The position numbers and the translations under genes were made by a program. From assembly GCA_964270895.1 (NCBI GenBank), contig OZ185441.1: a stretch of 64,000 nt of DNA. The stretch is one strand, 5' to 3'. Below, one piece after another: positions 9,501-21,913 of the stretch (its first letter is position 1; each line of letters starts with the position of its first letter). This DNA is from Podarcis filfolensis (taxonomy: Eukaryota). The notes under the pieces were generated by a model. It was not told the origin of the DNA. It saw only the letters and a program-made list of their open reading frames with translations, and ran no database searches.

Positions 9501-12500
9501 AAATGTTTTCTGTCCCTAGAGTTGTTTGCAGGTATTGTAGCATTGTGCAAGAAGTTGCAGTTATAGAATGGTGAATATGGAGCATGTTCCTCCCTGCTGT
9601 ATTTCAGGAGCTGTGTTTGTACACATTGGGGAACTTGGTGGTTGAGATGACTGCTGTGAAGAAAAAGCTTCTACCTCAGGGCATTATCCCAGTACTGGCA
9701 TCCTGCATCCAGGTAAGTGGGAAACAGTCTTTGCCCAGACATTCTGAATGCCAGCTGCGTACAAGCCTTGTCAAATCAAAGAGTGCATTTGAGTCATGCA
9801 CTATCCATTTACCACTGTTAGAAGAAGTAGAATCCCTCGACTGCATACGCAACACAGAGACTGAGGACTCTGTACCCTGCTGCCCAGAACTGAATGATTT
9901 ATTGTGGCTTATTTCATTTGATTATACAATAACCCATGAAAGCAATTAATAAGATGTTCTCAAAGAGCAGCTTGCTGTTCTTAGCTTCATTAAGCTTTTT
10001 GCTTATATTTTTAACTTCCTGAGAAATGTCTGAAGGAATACAGCAGTTAATCAGCTGTACCCTCCACCCCTGCAACCACGTATGTGTTTCCACAGGGTAC
10101 ATAACACACTAAGGCCTTTTACTCTGATGGTGACTGTTGTACTCTGATTTCAGTCCCCTCATGTGGTGGTGCGGGAAGGTGTTGGCTACGTTCTGTCACA
10201 GCTCTTGCAGTCCAAGGAAGCTCCAGCTGAAATCATACCGTAAGTGGAATAATCTCTTCATTTCAGAATTTGACGTGTATCTCTCTGTGTGCGCATGACA
10301 TAGCCAGCTTCCTTCTTGGTTACGCCAATCCCTTAGAAAAAGTATATGTGCACATGAGGCACCAATCTTGGTGTCACTCATTTACTAACTTACTTACTTA
10401 CTATTTATTTATTTATTTTATTAATTGCATTTATATATCTCCTTTGTCTTCCAAAGAGCTTGAGGTGGTGTACATGCTTCTCCTCCTGCCCATTTCAACC
10501 CTGATGGTGACTGGCTCAAGGTCACCCAGTGAGCTTCATGGCTGAGTGGGGATTCAAACCCTAGTCTCCTGTATGCTGGCAGCAGAAGTGAATCAACCAG
10601 CTCCACAAATAAGCTTTCTATGGGGGCATACTTTAGCTATAATCTTAGTCTTTAACATTAATGGGATGATCTGGCTTTAAAATCCTGAAGATTTCTTTTG
10701 CCACACCAACATCTTTCTCATTGGAGTTTGTGTGGTGTTAATCATTTTAGGCGGTGGACCTTGCCTATGCCATGAAATTTCTTCCATTATTTTATGATGT
10801 CTTTCATATCCTTACTTTACAGTTAGATTCATAAAAAATGTCACTTTTATTTATATCAATGTTGCAAGAAGATCAACCTACAAATTATACTGTATTTTGA
10901 TATGAAGTATCAAGTGTTATCATGTTAATCTTGGTACCTTGTCCTGTTCAAAATACTGTACCCTTTTAACATTCTAAGTTCTGCATGTTAATTAAGCAAG
11001 TAGATAATAAGCTGCACCTTTGGTTTCTGAAATGCTGAAGTTTTGGGGAGGCTGGGAGGGAGGGAGGAAATCATGTGGCTTGAGGAGAGGTGGGTATTGT
11101 TAAAAGGCCATGTCTGATGCCCATGTCCTGACAGTGGAGCTGTTGGGGGAGTTTCATGTGTATCTTCCTCAACCCTTCACTAGAACAGATATATTTAAAA
11201 AAATCAGGTGGTGGGTTTTTTTGGTCAAATATATCTATGCAATGGTAGATGACATGTATCTTGTCCTTAAAACTACAGTGGTACCTCAGGTTACATACGC
11301 TTCAGGTTACACACTCCGCTAACCCAGAAATAGTGCTTCAGGTTAAGAACAGAAATTGGGCTCCGGCGGCGCGGCAGCAGCAGCAGCAGGAGGCCCCATT
11401 AGCTAAAGTGGTGCTTCAGGTTAAGAACAGTTTCAGGTTAAGAACGGGCCTCCGGAACGAATTAAGTACTTAACCTGAGGTACCACTGTATACAGAAAGG
11501 CATGTGTAAAGCTACCAAAAGCAATATCTCACCTCCAACTACTATCACTCTCTGCCTCTGGGATAGTTGAAATGGTTCCCCTAATAACTAAACAGAGTAT
11601 TTTTCTTCTTCTGCCCCCAGCTTGGTCCTAAATTCCACCCTCCCCAAAGACATGCTTCACCTGGTTTGTTCCAACCTGGAAGAAGGAATAGGAGCTGCAG
11701 TGGAATTTGCATGGGGTCTTCACTACATCATTTGTAGGTAAATGTTTCTGTGGTACATAGGAGGTCCTAAGTAGTGGGTTAGGATTCTTGAGTGAGACAT
11801 GGAGGTGGGTTGTCTGTGCATGTTGGTAGTGCACATTGGGAACAAAGATGCAAAGGGCATGGGCCTGACTTCCAGTGTAGGGACGCTTGCACAAATATTT
11901 GCTCCGTAAACAAACTACGTTCCCCACCTCCCACCCCTTTGCTGAAGAAATATGAAGAATGGAAAATGTTGGCTCTTTAATGGCAGATCATTTTTATCCA
12001 TGCCAGTCATCTTGATAAGTGGGCAGTATCCTTCGGTTCTAAATCCTGCTGGTCCCCTGAAGCTGCCAAGTGAGGTTCACCTGAAAATGGCCTAAGACCC
12101 ACTGAGCTAACCCCTTCCTGTAAAGCCAGGGTGATGAGTGAGATAATATAGCAAGGTCACAAAGTCTAACCAGTTTTTCATGGCTACTGTCGCCTGCACC
12201 TTACAACCATTTCTAACATCCCATTCCCCCCACTTTCAACTTTGCATATTCAAAAACTGATTTCACTTGAAAAATGAGCAGACTGAATAGGAGAAAAGCC
12301 TTTTAATGGGTTGGATAGAGGTGGGACTCTACCTAGTCCTACTCAAGTGGGATAGCTGTCCTTTATTTTCCTTTCCGTAGCCGGGTGAACAACTCACTGC
12401 TGATCTCTCAAAGGACTGTGCCATCCCTTGTGCAGCTGTTACTAGAACTGGCTTCTGTGATGTCAACAACTTCAGTTGAGGGTGTAGAACTGGTAAAGTA

Positions 12501-15500
12501 AATAGGAAATATATTTGAGGTGCCAGGCTGTGCCCCCGACTCTCCTTCTGAATGTATTTTTTTCAATTCTCTTGTCAGTTGATTTGTCCTGTGGTGCGGT
12601 GTGTTGCCAATCTTCTTGCAGAAGATGAAGTGGGCGATGTTGAACTCGTGGAACAGGAAGAGAGACTTCTAAGGGCCTTATTTGAATTCATACAGTACTT
12701 TGTCTCCGAACACCTCTTCATTGCCCAGGAGTGTCTGTGGCTCATCAACAATCTGACAGGTATGTCCTGGCACACACAGTTAGCACTAGATGACAAACCA
12801 AGTGGTACTGCTGCCTTGCCTCTCCTTTGTTACCTATTTGAGTCTTCTAATGGGGCAAAGTATATTGACCTTGATAGTACTAAGGCTAGGTAGATCTCAA
12901 CAGTTACAATAAATTGATGAGATTAGCATTTTCTTTTAAAGGTAAAGGTAAAGGTACCCCTGCCCGTACGGGCCAGTCGTGTCCGACTCTAGGGTTGTGC
13001 GCTCATCTCACTCTATAGGCCTGGAGCCAGCGCTGTCCGCAGACACTTCCGGGTCACATGGCCAGCGTGACAAGCTGCATCTGGTGAGCCAGCGCAGCGC
13101 ACGGAAACACTGTTTACCTTCCCGCTAGTAAGCGGTCCCTATTTATCTACTTGCACCCGGGGGTGCTTTCGAACTGCTAGGTTGGCAGGCGCTGGGACCG
13201 AACAACGGGAGTGCACCCCGCCGCGGGGATTCGAACCGCCGACCATGCGATCGGCAAGTCCTAGGCGCTGAGCTTTTACCCACAGCGCCACCCGCGTCCA
13301 GCATTTTCTTTTACAGCCTAATAATTCACTTAACGGGATGGGGGGGGGACCTTTTTGGCTCCACAAGCCAGGTTCTTATCAGGATTGGTAGGTGGGGCTG
13401 CCGGCTTGTCAATCACATGACATCACAATGATATCATGTGCAAGGTGCTGCTAAAAATAAGAGGCTATCCCCCATCGTTTTAGCAGGTTTGTATGGAATC
13501 ACCTGCTAAAACAATGTGAAAAACACCCCTCTAGCAGGAGATTCTGATGCTTACCCCCTTCTGATACATGAATGGGGTTGCATGGAATCCTCTCCTAAAG
13601 CCGGGGGCGGGGGTTGTAGGTGGGTGTCCATTTTAGCAGGTGATTGCAGTGCAAACACCATCCTGAATCAGGGTTTGCATTGAATCCTGCCAGACTGAGA
13701 AGATCTAACCCCCACTCCTAAGCTGAAGTGTGGGGCTTAAATTCTTCAGGATTTAAACCCGCCTGCACACCCATTTAAAGTCACCTGATAACATTGTTGT
13801 CTAGGTGGCATACAGCAGAAGGTATTATTAAAAGTTTCCAGTACAGAGAGGTTTTCAGGCAGACAATATGATTTGTGAGATCTCGTATCCTTGCACCATG
13901 CAGCAAAAAACTAGGGTGACTTGCTCAAGCATCCTAGGCTTTTCTCCTTTGGGGCTGTTTTAGCTGTTAAAGCCTGTTTTAGCTGCCTACTGTAAACATG
14001 CTGAAAGTTTCTTCTGCAGAAGACTCTTCCAGGTAGCTCACTTTTTCTCTGTTGAACAGAATGCCAATAGGGATTGAGATTTTTCTTTCTTTCCCTAGCT
14101 GACAGCATCAGATCATGCTCTGCTTTGCTCAACCCAGACCTCTTTCCATCTCTACTGAAACTCTTGAGCTACGAGAGGCTGAGCTTGCTGGTACGTTACA
14201 GTACTGATCAGGGTTGAGGATGGATTTCCTCCCCTCTATGAACACCAGAGAATTTGAAACTGGATATTGACTTTGTGCAGTTTTGGGAAAGGTGACTTTT
14301 GGCAATTAGGGCTGCCTCTTAATACTGATTGGTATTGGTAGAGAGCCTCACCAAAATCAGCCATACTAGGAAGTATCTATTGGGAACTCCCTAGTGCAGC
14401 TGATTGGCTTTTAGTGTTCGTCAGCTGATGGGAGCTGAGAGCCATCTCTTTGAAGTGTGTTGTGTTCAAATTGCATGCAGATGGACACCTAAGGGGATGG
14501 CTCTCAACAGCCATTTCAGCCACTGATGTGAAACTGGCAATCTGTCTTTTTAAATTATTCTTACTTTATTGTTTGTTCAATTTGTATACCATCCTTAATC
14601 CTTAGATCTCAAAGTGGTTCACAACATAAAAATAGGAGAGAAAAATGCAAAATACATAACAAAAACAAGGAAAAAATACCACAAACCAAATGCAATAACC
14701 TCCCTCCCCTCTCCCATAAACACATTTAAAAGGGTATTTAGTAGAATAAAAATACTAATTTATAAATACTGGATTTGTCAATGGCGATGAGATTCATTCT
14801 GTACTTAAATTCTTCTTAGCACAACTTTTTTTGCTGTTTGGTCAGTTTTTGTCTTTTGGTTCTGTAATACACCAGTTTTCCAAGGGGTTTTAGAGGCTAG
14901 GGAGTTTATTTAATTTATATACTGCCTTTCCCCACAAAGGGAGGAAGTATTCTAAAAGCAATTAAGCGTTTTCTCAACTAGTGATTTCAAGGGTTGCCAG
15001 GAGCAGTATCTTTCAGCCATCAAAAGCTTGGCTAAACAGTAATGTTTTTAAACTCTTCCTGAATGTCAATGGTGAGGGAGACAAATGCACTTCACCAGGA
15101 ACTGCTACTAAGAAGGCTCTGTCACAGGTCAATGCCAGCTAGGCAGCCCTCACCAGCAAGGACTCATCATCTGATTGTAGGGTCCAAGGTGGTTGGTACT
15201 GGGGAAGGTAGTTGAGTCCCAAGCCATGCTAGTATTCCTCAAGGTTCCACTAGCTATATGGAAACCTTCATTTTGCTTGAGGGTGCCCTTCTTGCTTCCA
15301 GCCCAATTGAAATTAAGAGAGATGCATCAGCTAAGGGAACTGAGCAGGCACTACTGAGCACCAGTTCAACAATATAGGAAGTTCTAGATATGTCACTAGC
15401 TGGTACAACTTCCTGAATCTTCAAAGAGGAGGCAGTGAAAAGCAAACAGGCAAGCAATCAGTGCCAGATATTTAAGGCCACAGAAGTTCCTTGATACTAC

Positions 15501-15998
15501 TGTAAAGATTAGAGTGGCAGAATCCTAACCTTAGCCTTTTGGTGTCTTCTTCAGGTTCTGACAGTGCTGTGCAACATAGCTGCTAAGGGCTCTGTCTACT
15601 GCCAGGCGCTGCATCAGAAGGCTGTACTCTTCCCCCTCATTAGCATCCTTGCCCTTCCTGATGACCAAGTCGTGGCTCAAGATCTTGAACTACTGCATCT
15701 CCTCTTCCATCACTGGCCAGAGGTATTTGGCTATCTGTTGTTCCTGTATTTTCTGAAGGCTCAAGAGTCACGAGCAAGCTCAGAACTAACTTTGGTCTTC
15801 TCTTTTTTGCCCCAGGCTGCCGCTGATTTTGTAGGTCAGTCAGGACTACAGGCCCTAGAGCAGCATCAGGATAAACTACAGCTGCAAGAACGGGTCAAAG
15901 TGCTCATTTGGACTGCCAAAGAGCTGACCGCTCTCCCCCAGAATTGTCCCCTTCGTGCTTCAGCTGAAAATCTACCGTCTACTTCCTTACAAAGTTGA
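6529..15998 (+). CDS. TMCO6: Transmembrane and coiled-coil domain-containing protein 6 (ARM-repeat, importin-alpha-like), 12 coding exons, about 538 aa
   Basis: Exons 6529-6682, 6830-6954, 7682-7791, 8682-8865, 9608-9712, 10154-10239, 11621-11737, 12381-12492, 12579-12759, 14099-14190, 15555-15722, 15816-15998. All introns GT-AG with consistent phases. Peptides LEGSMRVLIGL, ACLPATSYLLTYLS, ELCLYTLGNL, AVEFAWGLHYIIC, CLWLINNLT, QSGLQALEQHQ match human TMCO6. The start codon is the least certain part. Confidence 0.93.
6993..7337 (-). mobile_element. Sauria-type SINE in TMCO6 intron 2
   Basis: Reverse complement of the 3967-4302 copy. Begins taaaggtaaagggacccc. Short possible TSD ggtctta. Confidence 0.9.
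10400..10590 (-). mobile_element. Older MIR/Squam3-like SINE fragment
   Basis: Motif aaggtcacccagtgagcttcatggctgagtggggattcaaacc is shared with 41690-41890 and 53955-54240. Boundaries approximate. Confidence 0.6.
11276..11488. mobile_element. Tc1/mariner-type MITE in TMCO6 intron 6
   Basis: TIR cagtggtacctcaggtta...taacctgaggtaccactg with TA flanks. Same family as 5339-5564. Confidence 0.9.
12937..13299 (-). mobile_element. Sauria-type SINE (distinct subfamily) in TMCO6 intron 9
   Basis: (aaaggt)n tail. 14-bp TSD agcattttctttta at 12925-12938 and 13300-13313. Internal segment differs from the other three copies. Confidence 0.9.
14560..15240 (-). mobile_element. Degraded L2-type LINE 3' region
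   Basis: Tail ctttattgtttgttcaatttgtatacc and body motifs (ttccacc/gctactaagaaggc) resemble the L2-like copies at 37810-38410 and 48085-48420. Boundaries approximate. Confidence 0.55.
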
Positions 15999-16241
15999 TA
16001 GTGATACATACAAAGCAGCCATGCTGGCTTGTTGCTAACAAGCCTGTGAACAGAACACTTTCTTGTTTTTCTGAAGAGTGGTAAAAGTAAATATCCCTGA
16101 CACTTCTAGAGAAGCCTTATTCTGTGATGTTTACTGTTCTCTAAACTGTTCTTTAGCCTAGCACTGGGTGTGCAAAGATTAACAATAGTGAGAAGAATCA
16201 ACTTACAGGGAACCATCTTGGCTTAAACAAGATACTTCAGC

Positions 16242-16247
16242 TTTATT
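16242..16247 (-). terminator. Probable NDUFA2 polyadenylation signal AATAAA
   Basis: tttatt on the + strand, about 85 nt downstream of the NDUFA2 stop codon. Confidence 0.7.
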
Positions 16248-16330
16248 TTCTAAGTTGAATTCTTTTATATGCAAGTTACACATAGCAGTGATCTGGAATT
16301 AGACTCAAATTCAGTTGCCATTTGTTTTCC

Positions 16331-19300
16331 TTATGCTTTGCTGTTAACAACATTCTCCAAGGCTTTGGCAACTTGGTCCATGTTTAGGTTATTCAGTGGT
16401 ACACTCTTCTCTCTGCCAAACGCTGAGGAAAACACAAGAGTTGGGTGAAAGGCATATACCATGGACGGTTTTCATTTGAAGAGTTGATTTCAGACACTTT
16501 GATCGAGCCACCATGTGTTTGCAACCTACACTGCTAACAGCTCCCTTTAGACATGCTCTGCTTTACTATATACAGATGTAAATGTAGGCACAGCAATAAA
16601 ACTCAGGAAATGCATACACATGTGCCTCACTTTCCTACAGTTTTACTGACAAGCAGTGTTAGGGAACAAAACGCCCTGCACAGACAATGCATGATACAGG
16701 GATTTCTACTTTCAGGAAGCTACTACATTAAAAACTGAAATGCAGTGTCCAAGGGGGATGTGTTCCACCTATAACCTGAATTGCTTTTGGATGCACTAGC
16801 ACAGACTTGGTGCAAACAAATGCTTTTCAGAAGAGCTGACATTCACTTCTGCTTCAGGGTTGGGGAACAGGATTTGGCCAGCAGGTCCATCCTTAGCTCC
16901 TCCACTTTGTGGACTACCCAGTTGACATCAAAGCTGCCACATCAGATAAAGCTAGAAGAAAGGTTTTCACTATCACCTCAGTCCTCAGCTGCTTTAGCTA
17001 TTGGGAACTCTCTAGTCTGCTGTAGTACTGATGCTATGTCAGTATTTACAGAAGGTGTTAAAGCATATGACTCAATGCCACTATTCTCTATTTAGATGTA
17101 TCTGGCAAAGTACTAGTAAAGAGGCCTCATGGTGCCAGTTATCACAAATATTAAGTCAGGGGCCTGAGCCTTAATTAAGTCAAGACTAGCTAAGTTTACT
17201 TTAAAACTGTTGAAGTTTTTCAACAGCTCCTAAACTTAAGTACCTATTTTGGAAGAAAATGAGTGGGATAAGTGTTGAAACATGAGCCCTTGGGTGGGGG
17301 GAGAGAGGGAGATAATTCATTATTTGCCATAGACCATGTGCTCAATTAAGTTTCCTCTCTGACAGCCACAACCCATTTCTATCCACACTCTTGTCTTCAG
17401 TTTATCCATTTTTCTCTTGATCCCTTCTGCATTACAGAGATGCAGCAATTTCCTTGCCCAACAAAAGCAGCTCTCGTGAACAAAAAAATTCTAACTCGAT
17501 TTTTAAAAAACATTTTTTGTTTAGAAATTCTAAAAGGTAATCCAGGGGGGAAAGCACCCTGGGGACACATATTTCTATCAGAAGAAAGTGCCAGCTCTGT
17601 TCCCACTAGATACTTCATGTAAGCTACTAGCCAACATTTGAAAAAACTGCCAAAGTTTCTGTTGTCTGTCAATGGAAATGTTTTCCGGCATGATCTATTT
17701 GTACAGGAGAGAAAACATTATAGAGCAGATTTGGAGCAGTTGGGGGAGAAAGTGCAAGTGGCTTACTGGGCTGGAGTTGTCCAAGAAGTGTTTCCTAGTG
17801 GCCTTCAACAATAAAAATACAGGCAGGGCTGAAAAGCTTTATTCCTCAAGGAAAGGCTACTACTTGAACTGTCCAACATATTATTTCTACCTAATTGTAT
17901 AGCAAACTTGTAACATACGTCCGTCCCCCCACAACTCACCATATCTAGCCCAGAGCTTGGGTTGCACATCTGAGCACTCTCTGATCAGGATAGGGAAATC
18001 TGGATTTGCTTTCTTTAAAGTCACATAATGTTGTTTAATGAAATCTCTGCAAAGAAGAAGCAAACATACCAGCATGCATTAGGATGAGGGTCTTCTAAAC
18101 TTTCATGAAAAGTCAGTAGGATACAGATAGTGGCTTTCAAGTGTCAAACATTCAGAGAATATTTCCTATATTTATCCGGAGCACAGGGTTTTGGGGACAT
18201 GTTCTAGGGGTCTTGCCATTTTTGAAACAACTGGGTGTGCTCCAAACACATCCAATAAAATTCCAGAGTTGTAGTGATGAGTACACTGTATTTCAGAGCA
18301 GCTTGTCCAACATTACAAATTTCTTAAAAACCCAGTTTCCCATGAACACAGTTTTAAAAACTGAGCTAAAGCTCAGCAAGGCGTGAAGAAAACAATATGA
18401 CTAGTACAGTCAAACCTTAGTTGTTGAACGTAATCCGTTCTGGAAGCTTGTTCAGCTTCTGAAATGTTCAACAACCGAGGCACGGCTTCCGACTGGTTAC
18501 AAAAGCATCCTGCACTCAAGCGGAAGCCGCATCGGATGTTTGGCTTCCAAAAAAGTTTGAAAACCGGAGCATTTACTTTTAGGTTTTTAGAGCCGAAATG
18601 TTTGAAAATGGAGCCATTCAGGAACCGAGGTTTGACTGTATATCACTTTTTTCCTACAATTTTCCCAGTAGCCTAAGAGGTTAATCCAGTAATGTTCGGT
18701 ATATCCTGAGGATACCAGATGTGTTTAAGCTTTAGCAAACTTCTTCAGTAGCATACACTGTATAAGGTAAAGGTAAAGGGACCCCTGACCATTAGGTCCA
18801 GTCGTGACCGACTCTGGGGTTGCGGCGCTCATCTTGTTTTATTGGCTGAGGGAGCCGGCGTACAGCGTACATGTGGCCAGCATGACTAAGCCGCTTCTGG
18901 CGAACCAGAGCAGCGCACGTAAACACTGTTTACCTTCCCGCCGGAGCGGTACCTATTTATCTACTTGCACTTGATGTGCTTTTGAACTGCTAGGTTGACA
19001 GGAGCAGGGACTGAGCAACAGGAGCTCACCCCATCATGGGGATTCGAACCACCAACCTTCTGATCGACAAGTCCTAGGCTCTGTGGTTTAACCCACAGTG
19101 CCACCCGCATCCCTATATAACAGTAACTAGCACAGCACTGGACTTGGCTTTGTGGCTTCTCTGCTCAGCTGGTTACCTGCTATCACAATAAAGTGTTCAA
19201 GGTGGGTTGACCTATTGAATACATCCAAATCAAATTACCATAATCTGTGTTAGGACACCCACAGCACCTTTGTCAAGATAGGAGTATTTATTGGAACCTC

Positions 19301-21109
19301 ATTTTTTACTCTTCCCGCTTCCCCCCTCCATAAAACACGAGTTGGCCTTGTAAAGGTATTGCTTCTAATATCATTATTGGCTGATTAACATCCTTTATCA
19401 TTTAAAATGTGAGGGTTATTTGTATGGTTTCTGTTCTTGTTTTATTAAATATTTTGTGTTTTTATCTTTTATTTTTGTGCTGTGAACTGCCCTGTTATCC
19501 AGATAAAGGGCAGTATACAAATTTATTAAATAAGAAAAATAATATGCCTTTTGGGCTTTTTTCCTTATCAGTCAACATGGTTTTTACCTTTACTTTTGTG
19601 ATTCAAAACCAATGTCCATTCCTAATAGTAAAGCTGGTGCTCTGCTGTTTTTATTGTAATACACACACATTTCTATCAATCTAGTCCAACCCCTGCAATG
19701 CAGGGATCTCAGCTAAAGCACCCATGGTCATCTGCCCTGATGCTTTAGTTCAGATTCCTGCATTGCAGGCGGTTGACTAGATGACCCTCAGGATTCCTTC
19801 TAACCCTACTATGATTCTATGATTCCTTTTTGAGTACAAGTCAACTATGGCTTATTCTGGGTGTGTTTTTTTCAAGCGTTTGATGTGAACACGCAAAAGG
19901 ACAACTAACGGCTGCTATTACTGCCTTTCATGCCGGTGCCCCCCATTCCCTTAGCAAACCAGCAAACTTCACCTTGCGAAACAGAGAGAGGCTAACAATT
20001 CTATGATTCTATGAATACTTAATTGTTTTTAATTATTGCTTTTCCTATTTTTATTTAGCAGTTCTTAATTTTTATCTCTAAGCCGCTTCAAGTCCCTGAA
20101 AGGGAAAAAAGCGGGACATGAGCACGGTAAATATATGATAGTAACATTGAGGATTGGACATGTAACATCTAATTCCTTAAAAATCAGCACTAGCACACCA
20201 CAGGGATGTGTGCTAAGTCCCTACCTGTATTCATTGTATACATATGATTGTGTATCATCTGACCTGTCTACTGCAATTATTAAGTTTGCAGATGACACCA
20301 CCATAATAGGTTTAATAACAGGTGGAGACGAATCAGCGTATAGAGGGGAGGTCCAAAAAATATCTACATGGTGCCTAGGGAACAACTTGCACCTTAATAT
20401 CAGCAAGACAAAGGAGATGGTGTTGGACTTTTGGGGGAAGAGAGGAGAACTAGCCCCACTGTACATTGGGGAGGGCTGTGTGGAGAGAGTCTCTTCCTTT
20501 AAATTCCTAGGAATACAGCACAAGATATTATGGGCTGTCCCGTGAATCCGCTGGATGACACTGCGGAAGAACGGTGCCTCAGGAGAGTGAGAAAATTTCT
20601 CAGGGATGATTCCCACCCTGGCTGGCACTTTATTGATCTCCTGCCCTCAGGCAGAATATATAGAAGCAGGATTAGTCGCACCAACAGGGTAAAGAACAGC
20701 TTCTATCCGTGGGCTGTTAGGCTGCTGAATGAAAAGATAACAACAGGGAAACTGACTTTCGGGTTTGGTGGGTGTGCGTCAGTAAACGAGGGGAATTGAG
20801 ACTAAGAGAGCTGAGTGGAGGTACTCGTGTAATCTCACTGTATACAAATTGCACAAGTGACAATAAAGTATTTCAATTAAATTATAATAAAGCTGCCTGT
20901 GAGAATCTGCCCCCCCCCACGACCTATCAAGCTGCAACCTTCTAAAAAAATGAGCGGAGAAGGCCGGGCTGTCAGGGGAGGGAAAGGCCTCGCCTCGCGT
21001 ACCTGACCCCCTGGCTGGCCGGCGAGCGCTGGCAGAGGTGGATGCGGAGCTCCTTGAGGTTCCGAGAGAGGCCGCCCTGAACGACCCGCGCAGCTGAGGA
21101 GGCCGCCAT
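16331..21109 (-). CDS. NDUFA2: NADH dehydrogenase [ubiquinone] 1 alpha subcomplex subunit 2 (B8), 3 exons, 101 aa
   Basis: Exons 21109-21003, 18046-17940, 16422-16331. Protein [105 protein letters not shown] junctions. Confidence 0.97.
18407..18638. mobile_element. Tc1/mariner-type MITE (second family)
   Basis: TIR cagtcaaacc...ggtttgactg with TA flanks. Internal similarity to 35398-35609. Confidence 0.8.
18763..19113 (-). mobile_element. Sauria-type SINE in NDUFA2 intron 1
   Basis: Same sequence family as 6993-7337, with tail (aaggta)n. Confidence 0.9.
19745..19822 (+). mobile_element. CR1 LINE 3' end
   Basis: gactagatgaccctcaggattccttctaaccctactatgattctatgatt, with the CR1-type (ATTCTATG)n tail. 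A similar piece lies near 36595-36675. Confidence 0.65.
20135..20890 (+). mobile_element. Rex1/Babar-clade LINE, 5'-truncated with an internal deletion
   Basis: RT motifs [61 protein letters not shown]. Then C-terminal D.SHP...[31 protein letters not shown] in another frame. AATAAA at 20862-20867. Confidence 0.85.
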
Positions 21110-21913
21110 CTTGGCACTCGGGGTTCCCCCGCTCCCCGAAGCGCAACCTGCTGGCCAATCGGCGCGTCCCGTTGATTTATTCTGGTCGTCTTCGCGGCCA
21201 ATCAGCACAAGGCGACGGGCGTGGCTATGCAAAGTTCTTCTGGGGAGTCGCGCGGTATTGTGGGTAAATCAACCAATTGCTCAATCAGTCAACGGGGCAC
21301 CGAACCATAGACTTAATTTATAGAGTGATACACCAAAGGTGCAATGCGGGTACTTCTAATTCTACCCCCGCCCGACGCCTCTCTCCCTGGGGCTGAATAG
21401 AGACCGACCAACCCATTGGAAACCCAAGATTTCATGCTCGAGTCTAAATGCATATCAAACAATTAAGATTGGCAAGGCTATTTTCAAAAAATAAAATAAA
21501 ATGTGAGTGTTTGTGTCGAGGGTGACGGGTGACCACATGAAACAAAGCCCAAGTCAGAAGAAGTAGGAACTGCTTATCTTCTTGGTAAACATGCTACATT
21601 CCCGGGTGGATTTCCAGCGTCAATTTTCACGCCCCAACCCCGTGCTAGGGGAGTAATAATAATAATAATAAATACTGTACGTGGCTTCCCAAGTAAACCC
21701 GGATTTTGCTATTGAGACAAATGACAGACAGGTTTATAATATGATGTCTCTCTATATTCTCGATCTCCGCGCAGGGCGTTGTGGGTCACAGGCCCTTCCC
21801 CCGCCTCCTTCCGCCGCGCGGTGCCTTGTGGGAAAAGCGGAGGGGTTTCGCTGCGTTGTTGTTGTCTTGCTTTTTACCTCAGGCCGAGACCCGCGGCGGC
21901 GGCGAGAGCGAAG
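21110..21913. promoter_or_regulatory. Bidirectional CpG-island promoter of NDUFA2 and IK
   Basis: Head-to-head ATGs 804 bp apart. CpG-rich, with several CCAAT boxes between 21150 and 21290. YY1 motif CAAGATGGCGGC overlaps the NDUFA2 start. Confidence 0.8.
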
